Origin: an uncultured Candidatus Micrarchaeota archaeon
Lineage (GTDB): Archaea > Micrarchaeota > Micrarchaeia > Anstonellales > Bilamarchaeaceae
Length of the DNA: 64,000 nt
Reading direction: 5' to 3'
NCBI GenBank assembly: GCA_963714085.1
Contig: OY970229.1
Span: 160,001-224,000, forward strand
The notes under the pieces are model-generated. The model was given only the letters and a program-made list of their open reading frames with translations, ran no database searches and was not told where the DNA came from. The translations under genes and the position numbers were made by a program. Shown here piece by piece: positions 1-9,332 of this stretch. Each line of letters begins with the position of its first letter. Within the stretch, counting starts at the first letter, position 1.

Positions 1-165
1 TCAAAACTGTTCGGCAGGATTGTCGGTAAAAAGGAAATCCAGCACCTATTGTGCCAGGTAATCCAAAAACCCAACGACCAGTATCTGGTACAGTTCAAAT
101 CGCCCCAAAACAACCAGCTCGCTAATTTGTTGATTCCATTATACCGGAGCCCTTTAATCGCATAG
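1..165 (+). CDS. 3' end of a hypothetical protein, truncated by the window edge
   Basis: Frame 1 is open from base 1 (SKLFGRIVGKKEIQ...YRSPLIA) to TAG at 163-165. Confidence 0.4.
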   Translation, partial: SKLFGRIVGKKEIQHLLCQVIQKPNDQYLVQFKSPQNNQLANLLIPLYRSPLIA

Positions 166-261
166 ATTTCCATCGCACGAACAAGGAACTTGAACCCGGA
201 GTACATATTCCGTCGAGGGCTTTTTCCATTCAAACCCCGTATTTTCCGGCATGACGAACCA

Positions 262-304
262 TTTTAAACACTAAAAGCCATAATGGCATACGTGAACTTG
301 AATG
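262..304 (+). promoter_or_regulatory. Archaeal TATA-like promoter and leader, duplicated at 1941-1984
   Basis: TTTAAACAC(T/C)AAAAGCCATAAT..CATACGTGA...TGAATG occurs upstream of both 302 and 1982. Confidence 0.6.
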
Positions 305-859
305 AAAACACTGGCCATAAAGCGTGATCCGTTCAAAGCGCCCAAGGGGATGGAGAGCGTATACGCGATCGTGCGCCAGCAGCAGAAGCGCGAGATGCTG
401 CGCCTCGAGCCCGAGGCGCGCCTCGAATGCGCGCTGGCGGAGAGGCAGCTTGGAGACGCGGCGGCGGCAGAGCGGAAAAGCGCCGCGAAGACCCTCGGGA
501 AGCTGCGTTATCTGCATTCTTTCGAGCCGCTCCTGCATGCCCTCGCAAGAGAAAACGCGCCGGGCGACGAAGGCCGGGCGGTGAAGGCCGCCATGCTCAA
601 GGCCCTCCGGAACATCGGTTCCGACCATTGCTGCCATATTGCGCTGGAGGTCGGGCGCGTGCCGCTCAGGGACTTCGCCATGGCGCACCTGGACGACCAC
701 GTGCTCGTGGGAAGCGCCCTCAATGCACTGGCATCGACCTGCTTGAGGTGCGAATCGCTCGCGGACATGGAAAAAGTCATGAAGGCCGCGGATGAGAAAG
801 GATATAGAGAGACCGGTATCGCGGCGGGCAGCATCTGGCTCGATACTTTGAGAGACTGA
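302..859 (+). CDS. HEAT/ARM-like helical repeat protein, paralog 1
   Basis: RKSAAKTLGKL..SFEPLLHALARE..VKAAMLKAL pattern resembles HEAT repeats and is shared with the next two ORFs. Confidence 0.75.
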   Translation: MKTLAIKRDPFKAPKGMESVYAIVRQQQKREMLRLEPEARLECALAERQLGDAAAAERKSAAKTLGKLRYLHSFEPLLHALARENAPGDEGRAVKAAMLKALRNIGSDHCCHIALEVGRVPLRDFAMAHLDDHVLVGSALNALASTCLRCESLADMEKVMKAADEKGYRETGIAAGSIWLDTLRD

Positions 860-864
860 TACCT

Positions 865-1905
865 ATGCCAACTTCATCCTTCAGACATCCCGGGCCCAAA
901 TCCCCTCCACCGATCGGATTGGAGCGCGAGCGCGCGATCCTGCGCTATGCGCACGAGCGGGAGATGTGCCGGCTCCAGGGCCGGAACGGGATCTTGCAGG
1001 TCCGGGCGCAGAACAGGCTGTGGAGCGGAGTGGCGGCAGCGCGGAAGAGCGCCGCCAGGATCCTCGGGCGCCTGCGTTTCATCTATTCCTACGAGCCGCT
1101 CGTACAAGCCCTCGCCCGCGAATGCAAGTCCGGCGACGAAGGCAGCGCAGTGAAGGCCGCGATGCTGAAAAGCCTTGACAAGATCGGCTCCGAGCACTGC
1201 GGCCAGAAGACGCTCACTACCGGGCGCGAGCCGCTCAACGAGTTCATCATGGCGCACCTGGACGACCACGTGCTCGTGAGAGCCGCCCTCAAGGCGTTGA
1301 GATGGACCGGCTCATTCGACGATACGATCCAGGACACGCGCAGTATCGAGGAGGCGGCCAGGGCTGCAGGATACGAAAAGAGCGCCGGTGTCGCGAGCAA
1401 GATCTATCTCGGCCGGATAGAGGCTGGGGCTGAGCTCACCCGGGCAGAGGCGGAGGTTTTACTTAGAAGCGCCGTGGCGGCAGAACGGAAGCGCGCCGCG
1501 AACAACCTCGGGCGACTGCATGATCTCCGTTCCTACCAACCGCTGCTCAATGCCCTTGCCCAGGAAAGCGGGCCCGCCTTCGGAAACCGGGAGGTGAAGG
1601 CCGCCATACTGGAAGCGCTTGAGAGCATCGGCGGAGAGCACGCCGGCCAGGCGGCGCTCGGTGCAGGGCGTGAGCCGCTCAAGAGGTTCAGCATGGCGCA
1701 CCTGGACGACGCCGGACTGGTGAGGGCCGCCTTGGAAGCGTCGGGATGGACGGTTTCCATCACGGGGGACGCGATCCACGACCTGGACGAGGTCAAGGAA
1801 GCGGCGAGAAGCGCTGCAGCCAAAGGTGGCCCAGATGCGGAAAAATACAGGGCGACTGCCACTGAGGCAACAGATATCTATTTCGACTGGATAAGATCCC
1901 GCTGA
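865..1905 (+). CDS. HEAT/ARM-like protein, paralog 2 (two tandem domain copies)
   Basis: The ~150-aa domain occurs twice (RKSAARILGRL... and RKRAANNLGRL..., each with MAHLDD). Confidence 0.75.
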   Translation: MPTSSFRHPGPKSPPPIGLERERAILRYAHEREMCRLQGRNGILQVRAQNRLWSGVAAARKSAARILGRLRFIYSYEPLVQALARECKSGDEGSAVKAAMLKSLDKIGSEHCGQKTLTTGREPLNEFIMAHLDDHVLVRAALKALRWTGSFDDTIQDTRSIEEAARAAGYEKSAGVASKIYLGRIEAGAELTRAEAEVLLRSAVAAERKRAANNLGRLHDLRSYQPLLNALAQESGPAFGNREVKAAILEALESIGGEHAGQAALGAGREPLKRFSMAHLDDAGLVRAALEASGWTVSITGDAIHDLDEVKEAARSAAAKGGPDAEKYRATATEATDIYFDWIRSR

Positions 1906-1981
1906 GACGCCCCGGGGCTTGGCCCGTCAAGAACGCAAGGTATTTAAACACCAAAAGCCATAATAACATACGTGATAATGA

Positions 1982-2533
1982 ATGGGACAGGTAGCCGTCA
2001 AACGTCGTGAATCCAGAACGCCGCCTCCTGAAGGATTGGCGCGCGCGATTCTGCGCGCACAACAAGAGCGGCAGCTGCGGCGCCTGGAGCCCGATGCGGG
2101 AGTTCAACGTGCCGGGGCCGAGAGCCTGCTGAAAGAAGGCACGACTGCGCAAAGGATAAGCGCCGCGGCCAGCCTCGGGAATCTGCGTTTTCTCTGCTCT
2201 TTCGAGCCCCTGCTCAATGCCCTCGCACGCGAAAGCGAACCTGGCTTCGGAGACCGGAGGGTGAAAACCGCCATACTCCAGGCTCTTGATAATGTCGGTT
2301 CCGAGCACGCCGGCCAGACGGCGCTCAGGACAGGGCATGAGCAGCTCAGGGGATTCATCAATGCGCATCTGTCCGACCCTGAACTCGTGGGAAAGGCCAT
2401 GAAGGCGTTGGCATGGACTGGCAACAGGGCGGAGTCTATCCACGACGCGGACGACATCAAAAAGGCGGCTAGGAAGGCCGGATATAAAAGTACCGCCAGT
2501 GCGGCGAGCGCCGCCTATTTCAGCAGGATATGA
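1982..2533 (+). CDS. HEAT/ARM-like protein, paralog 3
   Basis: SFEPLLNALARE..VKTAILQAL..GSEHAGQ motif and duplicated promoter. Confidence 0.75.
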   Translation: MGQVAVKRRESRTPPPEGLARAILRAQQERQLRRLEPDAGVQRAGAESLLKEGTTAQRISAAASLGNLRFLCSFEPLLNALARESEPGFGDRRVKTAILQALDNVGSEHAGQTALRTGHEQLRGFINAHLSDPELVGKAMKALAWTGNRAESIHDADDIKKAARKAGYKSTASAASAAYFSRI

Positions 2534-3474
2534 GCCGATTCCGGCTTGCCGCCTGCGCTCCGCATGATATCGAATATCCTTTTCTTCACTTCGTCATAGC
2601 CCACGGCAAGGAGGAATCTGTCGACTACTTCTGCCTTGAATTGCGCGCCGCGCTCACTCCGCGCGTCTTCCATGGCATCATCGAAAGATTTCACGCCGTG
2701 GTCGTATATCCTGTCGGACGTCATGGTGTCCAGGGCATCGCAAAAGCAGGTGATTGACGCACCGATGGATATGCCGCCTCTCTTGATCTTGCCCGGATAC
2801 CCTTCACCATCATCCCTCTCATGATGGTGTAAAACGATGTCGGCTATCGTGTCACGGTGCGCGGGATCGATGCCGGCAAGCGAAGCGAAGACCGCGAGCA
2901 GGATGGCCCCGCCATAAATCGGATGCATGTTGATGATGCTGATTTGCGGTTTTGTCAGCGTTTCATCCTCGCGCAGGATGTGCCCCGGCACCGCAGCCTT
3001 CCCGATGTCGTGCATCAGAGCCCCGAGCAGCTGCAAGGCGCGTTCCGACTCGTTCACAGACATCTGGTCCAGCAGCATCTCGGCGTATTGCATGGTGCGG
3101 TGCTGATGGCCGTAATAGCCGAAGCACGTCCTTTCAGCGATGTCTAGAAGCGGGATCAGCAGTTTGGCTGCCGCATCGACCGTCCTTTCGTCCCAGATGG
3201 TATCGCCCAGTGCGCGGAAATCATGGTCCATGGCTCCGAGAATGGGCAGCCTGCTGCTCATGGCCTTGGAGATGAACCCGCTGTTCCTGCCCCTGTCGCC
3301 CCTCTTGGTGAGCCAGGTCGTGTCATCTGCGTTCTCCCTGACACCCGGGATCTGTTTAGCCTGGACGATGCGGATGACGGGCTCGACCAGACCAGCGAAG
3401 TCCGTCGAGATCTTCTGTCCCATGGTTTCCATGGTTTTAAGATTCGGACGGGAGGGCTTCTGTGAAACGCGCAT
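2515..3474 (-). CDS. HD-GYP domain phosphohydrolase
   Basis: MHDIGK, HPIYG, HHHERDDGEGYP and DALDTMTSDRIY motifs. Confidence 0.9.
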   Translation of the reverse strand: MRVSQKPSRPNLKTMETMGQKISTDFAGLVEPVIRIVQAKQIPGVRENADDTTWLTKRGDRGRNSGFISKAMSSRLPILGAMDHDFRALGDTIWDERTVDAAAKLLIPLLDIAERTCFGYYGHQHRTMQYAEMLLDQMSVNESERALQLLGALMHDIGKAAVPGHILREDETLTKPQISIINMHPIYGGAILLAVFASLAGIDPAHRDTIADIVLHHHERDDGEGYPGKIKRGGISIGASITCFCDALDTMTSDRIYDHGVKSFDDAMEDARSERGAQFKAEVVDRFLLAVGYDEVKKRIFDIMRSAGGKPESAHILLK

Positions 3475-3577
3475 CTGTCTGCACCTGGGCCATATGGTGT
3501 TTTATAGTAAATAAATGTGTAATAGTATTTTTAAAGTAGTGGGGTGATGCATGCCTGGGAGGCGTGCCGCGCCGAGC

Positions 3578-4549
3578 TCACTGCACGAGCTCGTACACCA
3601 CGGTGATGGAGCTGCTCATCTGCGTGGTGGTCGGGAAGATCTCGGTCGGCACTGCGGGAGGCGCTGCGGTCCCTGCGGACTGATACGCGTAGACCGGATA
3701 TACCGGGTAGTAGTTCGGGTTCACGGAGATTATCTTGCCGAGGCTCGCGCCCAGCCCGCTGGCGATGTCCTCCCCCTTGGTCTTGGCGTTCGCCGCGGCC
3801 TCTGCCTGGAGCTCGGAATCCACCGTATTGCTCATCGCGTCGCTCACGGAGAAGTAAACGTAATCCACGGATGTCGAGTTCGAGGCTTTCAGCGCGGCGT
3901 CCACATATGCGCCGCCATCGCTCGTATTCGCGCTCTGGACCTCTATGGACTGGACGGTCTCGTATCCGACTATCGCGCAGCTGCCCAGGGTCTGGCATGG
4001 AACTGGCGGAGACGGTACTGGATAACCCGGGGAGACTATCACTCCGGAAGATGTCGTGCCTGAGGCTCCGGAAGAGGTGCCGGTTCCAGAGACGGCTTCG
4101 GGCACCGGAGCGGAACCTTCGCTCGCGCCGTTCGACGGGACAGCCACTCCGCTGCCGTACGAGTAGTATTGCTGGGTGTAGCAGGAGGAGCAGGACTGGT
4201 TGTAGACCGGGGACGTGTAATACGAGACGGTCTGTATCTCCGACTCGTTCAATCCGGCAGCGAGCAGGGTCGCCTTCACCGCCGCGGTCTGCGCGGCGTT
4301 GTCCGACTGCGAGCTCGATGTGTCGTTATCGATAGTGGTTATCGTCAGCCCGACGTCGATGACGTCCGGGGACACGGTCTGCGACGCCTCGCCGGTGACG
4401 GTTATCGTCGCCGGCTGCGCGCTCAGGTTCGTCTGGTTGGCTGGCGGGACAACAATTGTGGCCGGAGCCTTGGCCAGGTAATAAGTGAGCCCTGCGGTCA
4501 GCAGGACGACAATTATGATCCCCACGACAAGCATCGAGTTTTCAGCCAT
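3578..4549 (-). CDS. SIMPL (DUF541) membrane-anchored protein
   Basis: N-terminal TM, ITVTGEASQTVSPD, AAANAKTKGEDIASGLGASLGKI, and a Ser/Gly/Pro-rich insert. Confidence 0.85.
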   Translation of the reverse strand: MAENSMLVVGIIIVVLLTAGLTYYLAKAPATIVVPPANQTNLSAQPATITVTGEASQTVSPDVIDVGLTITTIDNDTSSSQSDNAAQTAAVKATLLAAGLNESEIQTVSYYTSPVYNQSCSSCYTQQYYSYGSGVAVPSNGASEGSAPVPEAVSGTGTSSGASGTTSSGVIVSPGYPVPSPPVPCQTLGSCAIVGYETVQSIEVQSANTSDGGAYVDAALKASNSTSVDYVYFSVSDAMSNTVDSELQAEAAANAKTKGEDIASGLGASLGKIISVNPNYYPVYPVYAYQSAGTAAPPAVPTEIFPTTTQMSSSITVVYELVQ

Positions 4550-4620
4550 TTTTATCTCCGCATGGCTAACGCAGCGGATATTTAAATGATGAAGGAATTG
4601 CTTCGGCCGGCGCCGAAAGC

Positions 4621-5589
4621 CTAGTCCGCGATGGAGATGTACCCGTCTTCGGCCAGCTTCTTAAGCTCGACGCGGATCGCGTGCATGAGGAACGCGTGCT
4701 TCGTTCCGAGCTCGTCCGCTGGCGCGTTGTCGAGGGAGCGGTTGTCGCTCAGCATGCTGTACGCGCTTGCGAGATGGCCCAGCGCATCGACGCATACGAC
4801 CAGTTGCGGAATCGGCGTGCTCAGGTGCTCAGCCAGGATCGCATGGATCTCGCCCTGCGCGGCCGAATCGACCTTGTCGGGGTCCTTGTGAAGCGCTTCG
4901 ATTCTCGCTAACGCGCTCGCCATCCTCGGGTCGTCCAGCTCGTCGATCGCCGCCCAGAGCTCGCGCATCTTGGCTGTGGTCCTTGCCACGGCGTGCCGCG
5001 CGGTCAGTTCCCGCAGCTCCACGAGCGCGGCCCGGTACTCGTCCGGGACCAGCTCAGGCGCGATGCGGAGCGACTTGTGAAAGAGGTACTCAAGTACCGC
5101 GGCTGCATCCCTCGCCAGCGGCTCTATATCCGGATAGGGCTGCGGCGCCTCTCTCCTCGCCTGTGCTTCCAGCACCTGCAGGGGGATCGGGAACACCCGC
5201 TCTTCGCCCATCTCATGGTCGTGCCAGCTTATTATCTCCTCCTCGAGGTGCCTGAGCAGGCCGTCGCCTTTCAGTTCCGAGGGGACCGTGAACGTGTGGC
5301 CGATGGAATCGTGGAGGTAAACGAACTTGTGGATCCCGGCGCCTTCCTGGGCATCGGATACGATGCCCTGGTCGTGAAGGATGCCGACGCTCCCCGGGCC
5401 ATCGAATACTATGCTCCGGTCGTGAAGCTCCTTCACACAGACGCCGAGCCTGCCTTTCAGCGGGTCCTCGCCGATGCGCTCTTTTATGACGCTCACGGCG
5501 TCTCCCACTGGATCAGGATGCTGGAGCATGGACTCGGGCAGCCGTATCAATACGAGTTCGCCCCTGACTGTGACCGGGAATGAGACCAT
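4621..5589 (-). CDS. Hypothetical protein
   Basis: 322-aa ORF with protein-like composition and no recognised motif. Confidence 0.65.
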   Translation of the reverse strand: MVSFPVTVRGELVLIRLPESMLQHPDPVGDAVSVIKERIGEDPLKGRLGVCVKELHDRSIVFDGPGSVGILHDQGIVSDAQEGAGIHKFVYLHDSIGHTFTVPSELKGDGLLRHLEEEIISWHDHEMGEERVFPIPLQVLEAQARREAPQPYPDIEPLARDAAAVLEYLFHKSLRIAPELVPDEYRAALVELRELTARHAVARTTAKMRELWAAIDELDDPRMASALARIEALHKDPDKVDSAAQGEIHAILAEHLSTPIPQLVVCVDALGHLASAYSMLSDNRSLDNAPADELGTKHAFLMHAIRVELKKLAEDGYISIAD

Positions 5590-5993
5590 GGGCTCAGTGT
5601 CTTCGGGCCGGTTGCTCTGGAAGGGCTCTTTGTCCAGGCGGTGATGTCCAGCCTGCGGAACGCCAGGCCCAGCGCCTCCTTTATGGTCGTGGGCTGCGGC
5701 TCGGGCTCCGCCGGCTTCTGTGTTTGGGCCAGTCCGCCCGCCAGCCGGACGAGCGCGTCCATATGCTTGGCCCTGGCCTCGGAGGCCTCGGCTGCGAAAT
5801 CGCGAATTATCAGGCTTTTCACCACCTGGTTCTCGTCCGGCCTGAGCTTCTGCGGCTCGCCGGGCTGCGGCTCCTGCCCTGCGAACGGCGACCTGCCGTT
5901 GGATTCCGGGGCAGTGACCACTATGCCGATTATCGTGCTCTTTTTTACATATGGTCCCGATGGTACGTCTGGGGATTTTCTTTGTTCTGCCAT
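5547..5993 (-). CDS. Hypothetical protein
   Basis: 148-aa ORF downstream of a TTTAAA box (~6047); overlaps the next gene by 43 nt. Confidence 0.55.
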   Translation of the reverse strand: MAEQRKSPDVPSGPYVKKSTIIGIVVTAPESNGRSPFAGQEPQPGEPQKLRPDENQVVKSLIIRDFAAEASEARAKHMDALVRLAGGLAQTQKPAEPEPQPTTIKEALGLAFRRLDITAWTKSPSRATGPKTLSPWSHSRSQSGANSY

Positions 5994-6057
5994 GTTCTCG
6001 CTTCGGCCCTGGGCGGGCCGTATGCTAAGATATGGCAGTTCATGTATTTAAATGTAT

Positions 6058-6345
6058 CTATTCCAGGGCCCTTTTCACCACGCGCGCTATGTCCGATGCG
6101 GTCGCGCCCTCAAGCACGGCGTGGTGCTCAAGAAGAGTCTCTAAAATCAGGTCCGCGATTCCTTGTTCGGCGCTGTCCGCCTCCACGCCCACGAGGTTCC
6201 TCTCCACCTCGCGCATCGCCTCTGGCGGGCGGAGCGAGAAGTCGCCGCTTATCTCTATCTTCTCTATGAAGTCGTGGTGCTCAACCTTCACGCGCACGAG
6301 CCTTCCGCTATGCAGCATCTCCTCTGCCCTGCCCCTCATCTCCAT
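6058..6345 (-). CDS. Stand-alone lipoate-protein ligase C-terminal-like domain protein
   Basis: IEKIEISGDFSLRPPEAMREVERNLVG matches the LplA C-terminal pattern. ATG at 6345 follows GGTGA and overlaps the end of the hydrogenase gene. Confidence 0.7.
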   Translation of the reverse strand: MEMRGRAEEMLHSGRLVRVKVEHHDFIEKIEISGDFSLRPPEAMREVERNLVGVEADSAEQGIADLILETLLEHHAVLEGATASDIARVVKRALE

Positions 6346-7634
6346 TTCACCTTCAGGAAATGCGTGGCGCAGGACATGCACGGGTCGAACGCCCGGATGA
6401 GGGTCTCGACCTCTTTCTGTATGCCGTCCGGTGTTTCGCCCTCGGTGACCCTCTGCTGGACCAGCCTGCCCACGGCCTTTTCCATGAGCACCTGGTTCTG
6501 GGCGGTCGGTATGACGAGGTTGGCGTACGTGAAGTTACCGGCCTTGTCCAGCCTGCCGTGGTAGTACAGGGTCCCCCTGGGCGCCTCCATGACCCCCACG
6601 CCCTCGGACTCCTTGGGCGTTATGCTCATGACAGGCTCCTGCCTGAAGTCGCAGCTTTCCAGCAGCTCTATGGAGGAGTCTATGCAGTGGACGATCTCGA
6701 TCGCCTGGGCGAGGTTGTTATGGTAGATATTGAAGGAGGGGAAGAGCTTGTGCTCGGAGAGGTCCTTGCGCGTCTTTTTGTTCATGGCCGTGCCGTTGAT
6801 GTTCATCCTCGCGAGCGCGCCGACCATGTAGGGCGTGCCCTGGAACCTGAAGCCGGAAGCCTGGGAGTACGGGATCACGCTCTCCTTGAAGAACCTCTCG
6901 AACCCGTGCTCCGGGATGCAGAAGCCCTTGGAGTGCGTGCATATCCCGTCGCCCATGTAGCTGTAGGTCTCGTTGACGTTCGCCACGAAGTCTATGTCCG
7001 GCATCCCGAAGCTGAAGTCCTTCTCCGCGAAGAGATGCACGAACTCCACCGCGCCCTCCCTCACCGCCTTGAGCTCGGACACTATGCCCTTCGCCTTATC
7101 CTTGGACGGGACGTGGAGGAAATGGCCCACGGCGGGGAACGGGGGGTGCACGGTCCTGCCCCCTATCTCGGACGAGAGCGAGTTGCCCGCCTGCTTTATC
7201 GCGAGCGCGCTATGGAGCAGCTCGTGCTCGGGCCCGGAGTCCGCGAATTCCAGCACGGAGTCCTTCCCGAACAGGTCCGGGAGCACGAAGAGGAAGAGGT
7301 GCATCGCATGGTCCCGGATGTTCACGCCGTGGAGCGTGAGGTCGCGCAGCATCCTGGTCTGCTCGGTCGGCTCGAATCCGAACGCGTGCTCTATGCATTT
7401 TATCGAGCACAGAAGATGCGCGGCCGAGCAGGTGCCGCATATCCTCGAGACGAGCTGGGGCACAGCGGCGTAGTTCTTGCCGCGGACCGCGAGCTCGAAG
7501 AAGCGCCTGTTCTCGAATATCTCGAGCTTGACGTCCTTGACCTCGCCCTTCCTCACCTTGAGCTCCAATGAAGCGTGGCCCTCTATCTTGCTCATGTCCG
7601 CGATGTTTATGTCGAAATCCTCCTGGTGCATCAT
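6336..7634 (-). CDS. hydA: [NiFe]-hydrogenase large subunit, group 3 (3b/sulfhydrogenase-alpha-like)
   Basis: KIEGH, L1 motif RICGTCSAAH, EAPRGTLYYH, L2 motif DPCMSCATH followed by a short C-terminal extension. Confidence 0.92.
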   Translation of the reverse strand: MMHQEDFDINIADMSKIEGHASLELKVRKGEVKDVKLEIFENRRFFELAVRGKNYAAVPQLVSRICGTCSAAHLLCSIKCIEHAFGFEPTEQTRMLRDLTLHGVNIRDHAMHLFLFVLPDLFGKDSVLEFADSGPEHELLHSALAIKQAGNSLSSEIGGRTVHPPFPAVGHFLHVPSKDKAKGIVSELKAVREGAVEFVHLFAEKDFSFGMPDIDFVANVNETYSYMGDGICTHSKGFCIPEHGFERFFKESVIPYSQASGFRFQGTPYMVGALARMNINGTAMNKKTRKDLSEHKLFPSFNIYHNNLAQAIEIVHCIDSSIELLESCDFRQEPVMSITPKESEGVGVMEAPRGTLYYHGRLDKAGNFTYANLVIPTAQNQVLMEKAVGRLVQQRVTEGETPDGIQKEVETLIRAFDPCMSCATHFLKVKWR

Positions 7635-8113
7635 CCCACTCCGAATTCAGCGATGTATCGCTCCAATAGCGCTACGAACTGCGTCGGAGCCATGGGGCAG
7701 CCGGGCAGGGAGTCGTCCACCTTCACTATCGCGCTCAGCGGGACTATCTTGTCGCGCAGATGGTGCTTCTCGAGGAACGGCCTTATCGTGCCGAGCATCA
7801 GCGGGGTGAAGGAGTTGCGCTGCCCTGCCGGGAGCCCGGTGCACGCGCACGCTCCCATCGCGACCAGCTTCTTCGACCGCTTGCGTATGTCTTTGAGCTC
7901 GTCCTCCTCCTTTTCCGTGGATATCGCGCCCTCTATGAACGCGACGTCGAACTCGCCGTGCTTGTTGTCGGTCTTGAGCTGGCGGCAGTGCTTGAACTCG
8001 ATCTTATCCTTCCACTCGAAATAGTACTGGTTCAGGAGCTCCACGAAGAGTATGGTGTTGTCCTCGGAGCAGGTGAACGTGAACCAGCCCACGGCCAGCT
8101 TCCTCTTTGCCAT
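7631..8113 (-). CDS. hydD: [NiFe]-hydrogenase small subunit, truncated (proximal-cluster domain only)
   Basis: DVAFIEGAI, LVAMGACACTG and VDDSLPGCP motifs; N-terminal motif reads TCSED; 160 aa. Confidence 0.85.
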   Translation of the reverse strand: MAKRKLAVGWFTFTCSEDNTILFVELLNQYYFEWKDKIEFKHCRQLKTDNKHGEFDVAFIEGAISTEKEEDELKDIRKRSKKLVAMGACACTGLPAGQRNSFTPLMLGTIRPFLEKHHLRDKIVPLSAIVKVDDSLPGCPMAPTQFVALLERYIAEFGVG

Positions 8114-8162
8114 GCGTCCTTATTCCATATCAGGTTAAAATAGATTACCTAATACGAACCCT

Positions 8163-8558
8163 TTGATGGAAAAAATCCTGGTGTTCGGGAACCCGCTCGT
8201 GGAGGGGGATTCGCTCCCGCTCCGGCTGCTGCCCAGCTTGAAAAAGGCCTTTCCGGGGATAGAGTTCGTGGAGTTCGACGCTGTGGAGGACCTGGAGAAG
8301 GCCGGTGAGGAGATAACCCTGCTGGACACCGTGCAGGGGATAGGAGAGGTGACGGTCTTCCACGGGATGGATTCCTTCTCCCAGAGCCCGCGCTTCAGCA
8401 TGCACGATTTCGACCTGCCGGTCTATCTCAGGCTGCTCACGAAGATGGGCATGGTGAAGAAGGTCACTATAATAGGAGTACCGGAAACAGGGAAAGAGGA
8501 CACGCTGAGACAAGCCGAGGAAGCGATATCGGGGCTGTTGGATGGAGAAGCTGATTGA
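8163..8558 (+). CDS. Hydrogenase maturation protease-like protein
   Basis: ILVFGNPLVEGDS, LLDTV and SMHDF motifs of the HycI/HybD family; divergent from the hydrogenase genes. Confidence 0.8.
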   Translation: MMEKILVFGNPLVEGDSLPLRLLPSLKKAFPGIEFVEFDAVEDLEKAGEEITLLDTVQGIGEVTVFHGMDSFSQSPRFSMHDFDLPVYLRLLTKMGMVKKVTIIGVPETGKEDTLRQAEEAISGLLDGEAD

Positions 8559-9189
8559 AATAAACGGCCGGATATACTCCGTCATACGGGTCACGTCCAC
8601 GAACAGGAACGCGATAGCCAGGCTCAAGGACGACAGGATAATCATCAGCGTCCCGCGCAGGTGGCCCCAGGGCGAGGCGGACGCGGTGGCTGGAAGGCTG
8701 GAGGCCCGCGCGATAAAGAGCATCTCCAAAGGGAGATGGGGCAGCCGCAGTATGAGGGGGCTGGAGTTCCAGCCTGGCCAGGAGCTGGAGATCCTCGGGA
8801 GAAGATTCAGGATAACTGGGAATTCCAAGCCGGAGAGGATACGCAAGGGAATAGCCAGGCGCGTGCTTCCGGACCTGGAAGCCAGGATAAGGATGATAAA
8901 CGAGGCGCATTTCAGGGCCGAGATAAGGCGCGTGTCGCTCCGGGACAACAGCAGCCGATGGGGCAGCTACTCCACCAAGGGCACGGTGAACCTGAATTTC
9001 AGGCTGCTCTTCGCGCCTCCGGAAATATTGGAATATGTGATAGTCCACGAGCTGGCGCACAGCAGATACCGCGGCCACGGGCCCAGGTTCTGGGGCGTGG
9101 TGGAGAAGCTGGTCCCGGATTACAAGGAGAAACGGAAGTGGCTCAGGGAGAACGGGCACACGCTGGGAACCGGACCATCTTTCCAGTGA
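8542..9189 (+). CDS. M48/YgjP(DUF45)-like zinc metallopeptidase
   Basis: SRWGSYS, LNFRL, EYVIVHELAH and HGPRFW motifs. Confidence 0.88.
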   Translation: MEKLIEINGRIYSVIRVTSTNRNAIARLKDDRIIISVPRRWPQGEADAVAGRLEARAIKSISKGRWGSRSMRGLEFQPGQELEILGRRFRITGNSKPERIRKGIARRVLPDLEARIRMINEAHFRAEIRRVSLRDNSSRWGSYSTKGTVNLNFRLLFAPPEILEYVIVHELAHSRYRGHGPRFWGVVEKLVPDYKEKRKWLRENGHTLGTGPSFQ

Positions 9190-9204
9190 TTGGGGATTTG
9201 AACC
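9172..9204. repeat. 33-bp direct repeat, copy 1 (M48 gene 3' end)
   Basis: GGACCATCTTTCCAGTGATTGGGGATTTGAACC, identical at 10310-10342. Confidence 0.95.
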
Positions 9205-9332
9205 TCCATAAATATCCAGTGTCTGCATTCAGCATTTGTGATATTCAAAGTTATTCTTCGTCAAATGTCATATTTGTCGCTTGAAATGGATAAAAACGAT
9301 AAATTTAAATACTGTTTTTATGTAATATATTT

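Noticed and set aside
5547..5589. 43-nt overlap as a programmed frameshift joining two ORFs
   Set aside because: No slippery sequence is evident and the downstream ORF has its own ATG; undecidable without homologues.
9190..9204. GGTTCAAATCCCC (minus strand) as a tRNA gene, also at 10328-10343
   Set aside because: Only a T-arm-like piece; no acceptor, D or anticodon arms can be folded around it.
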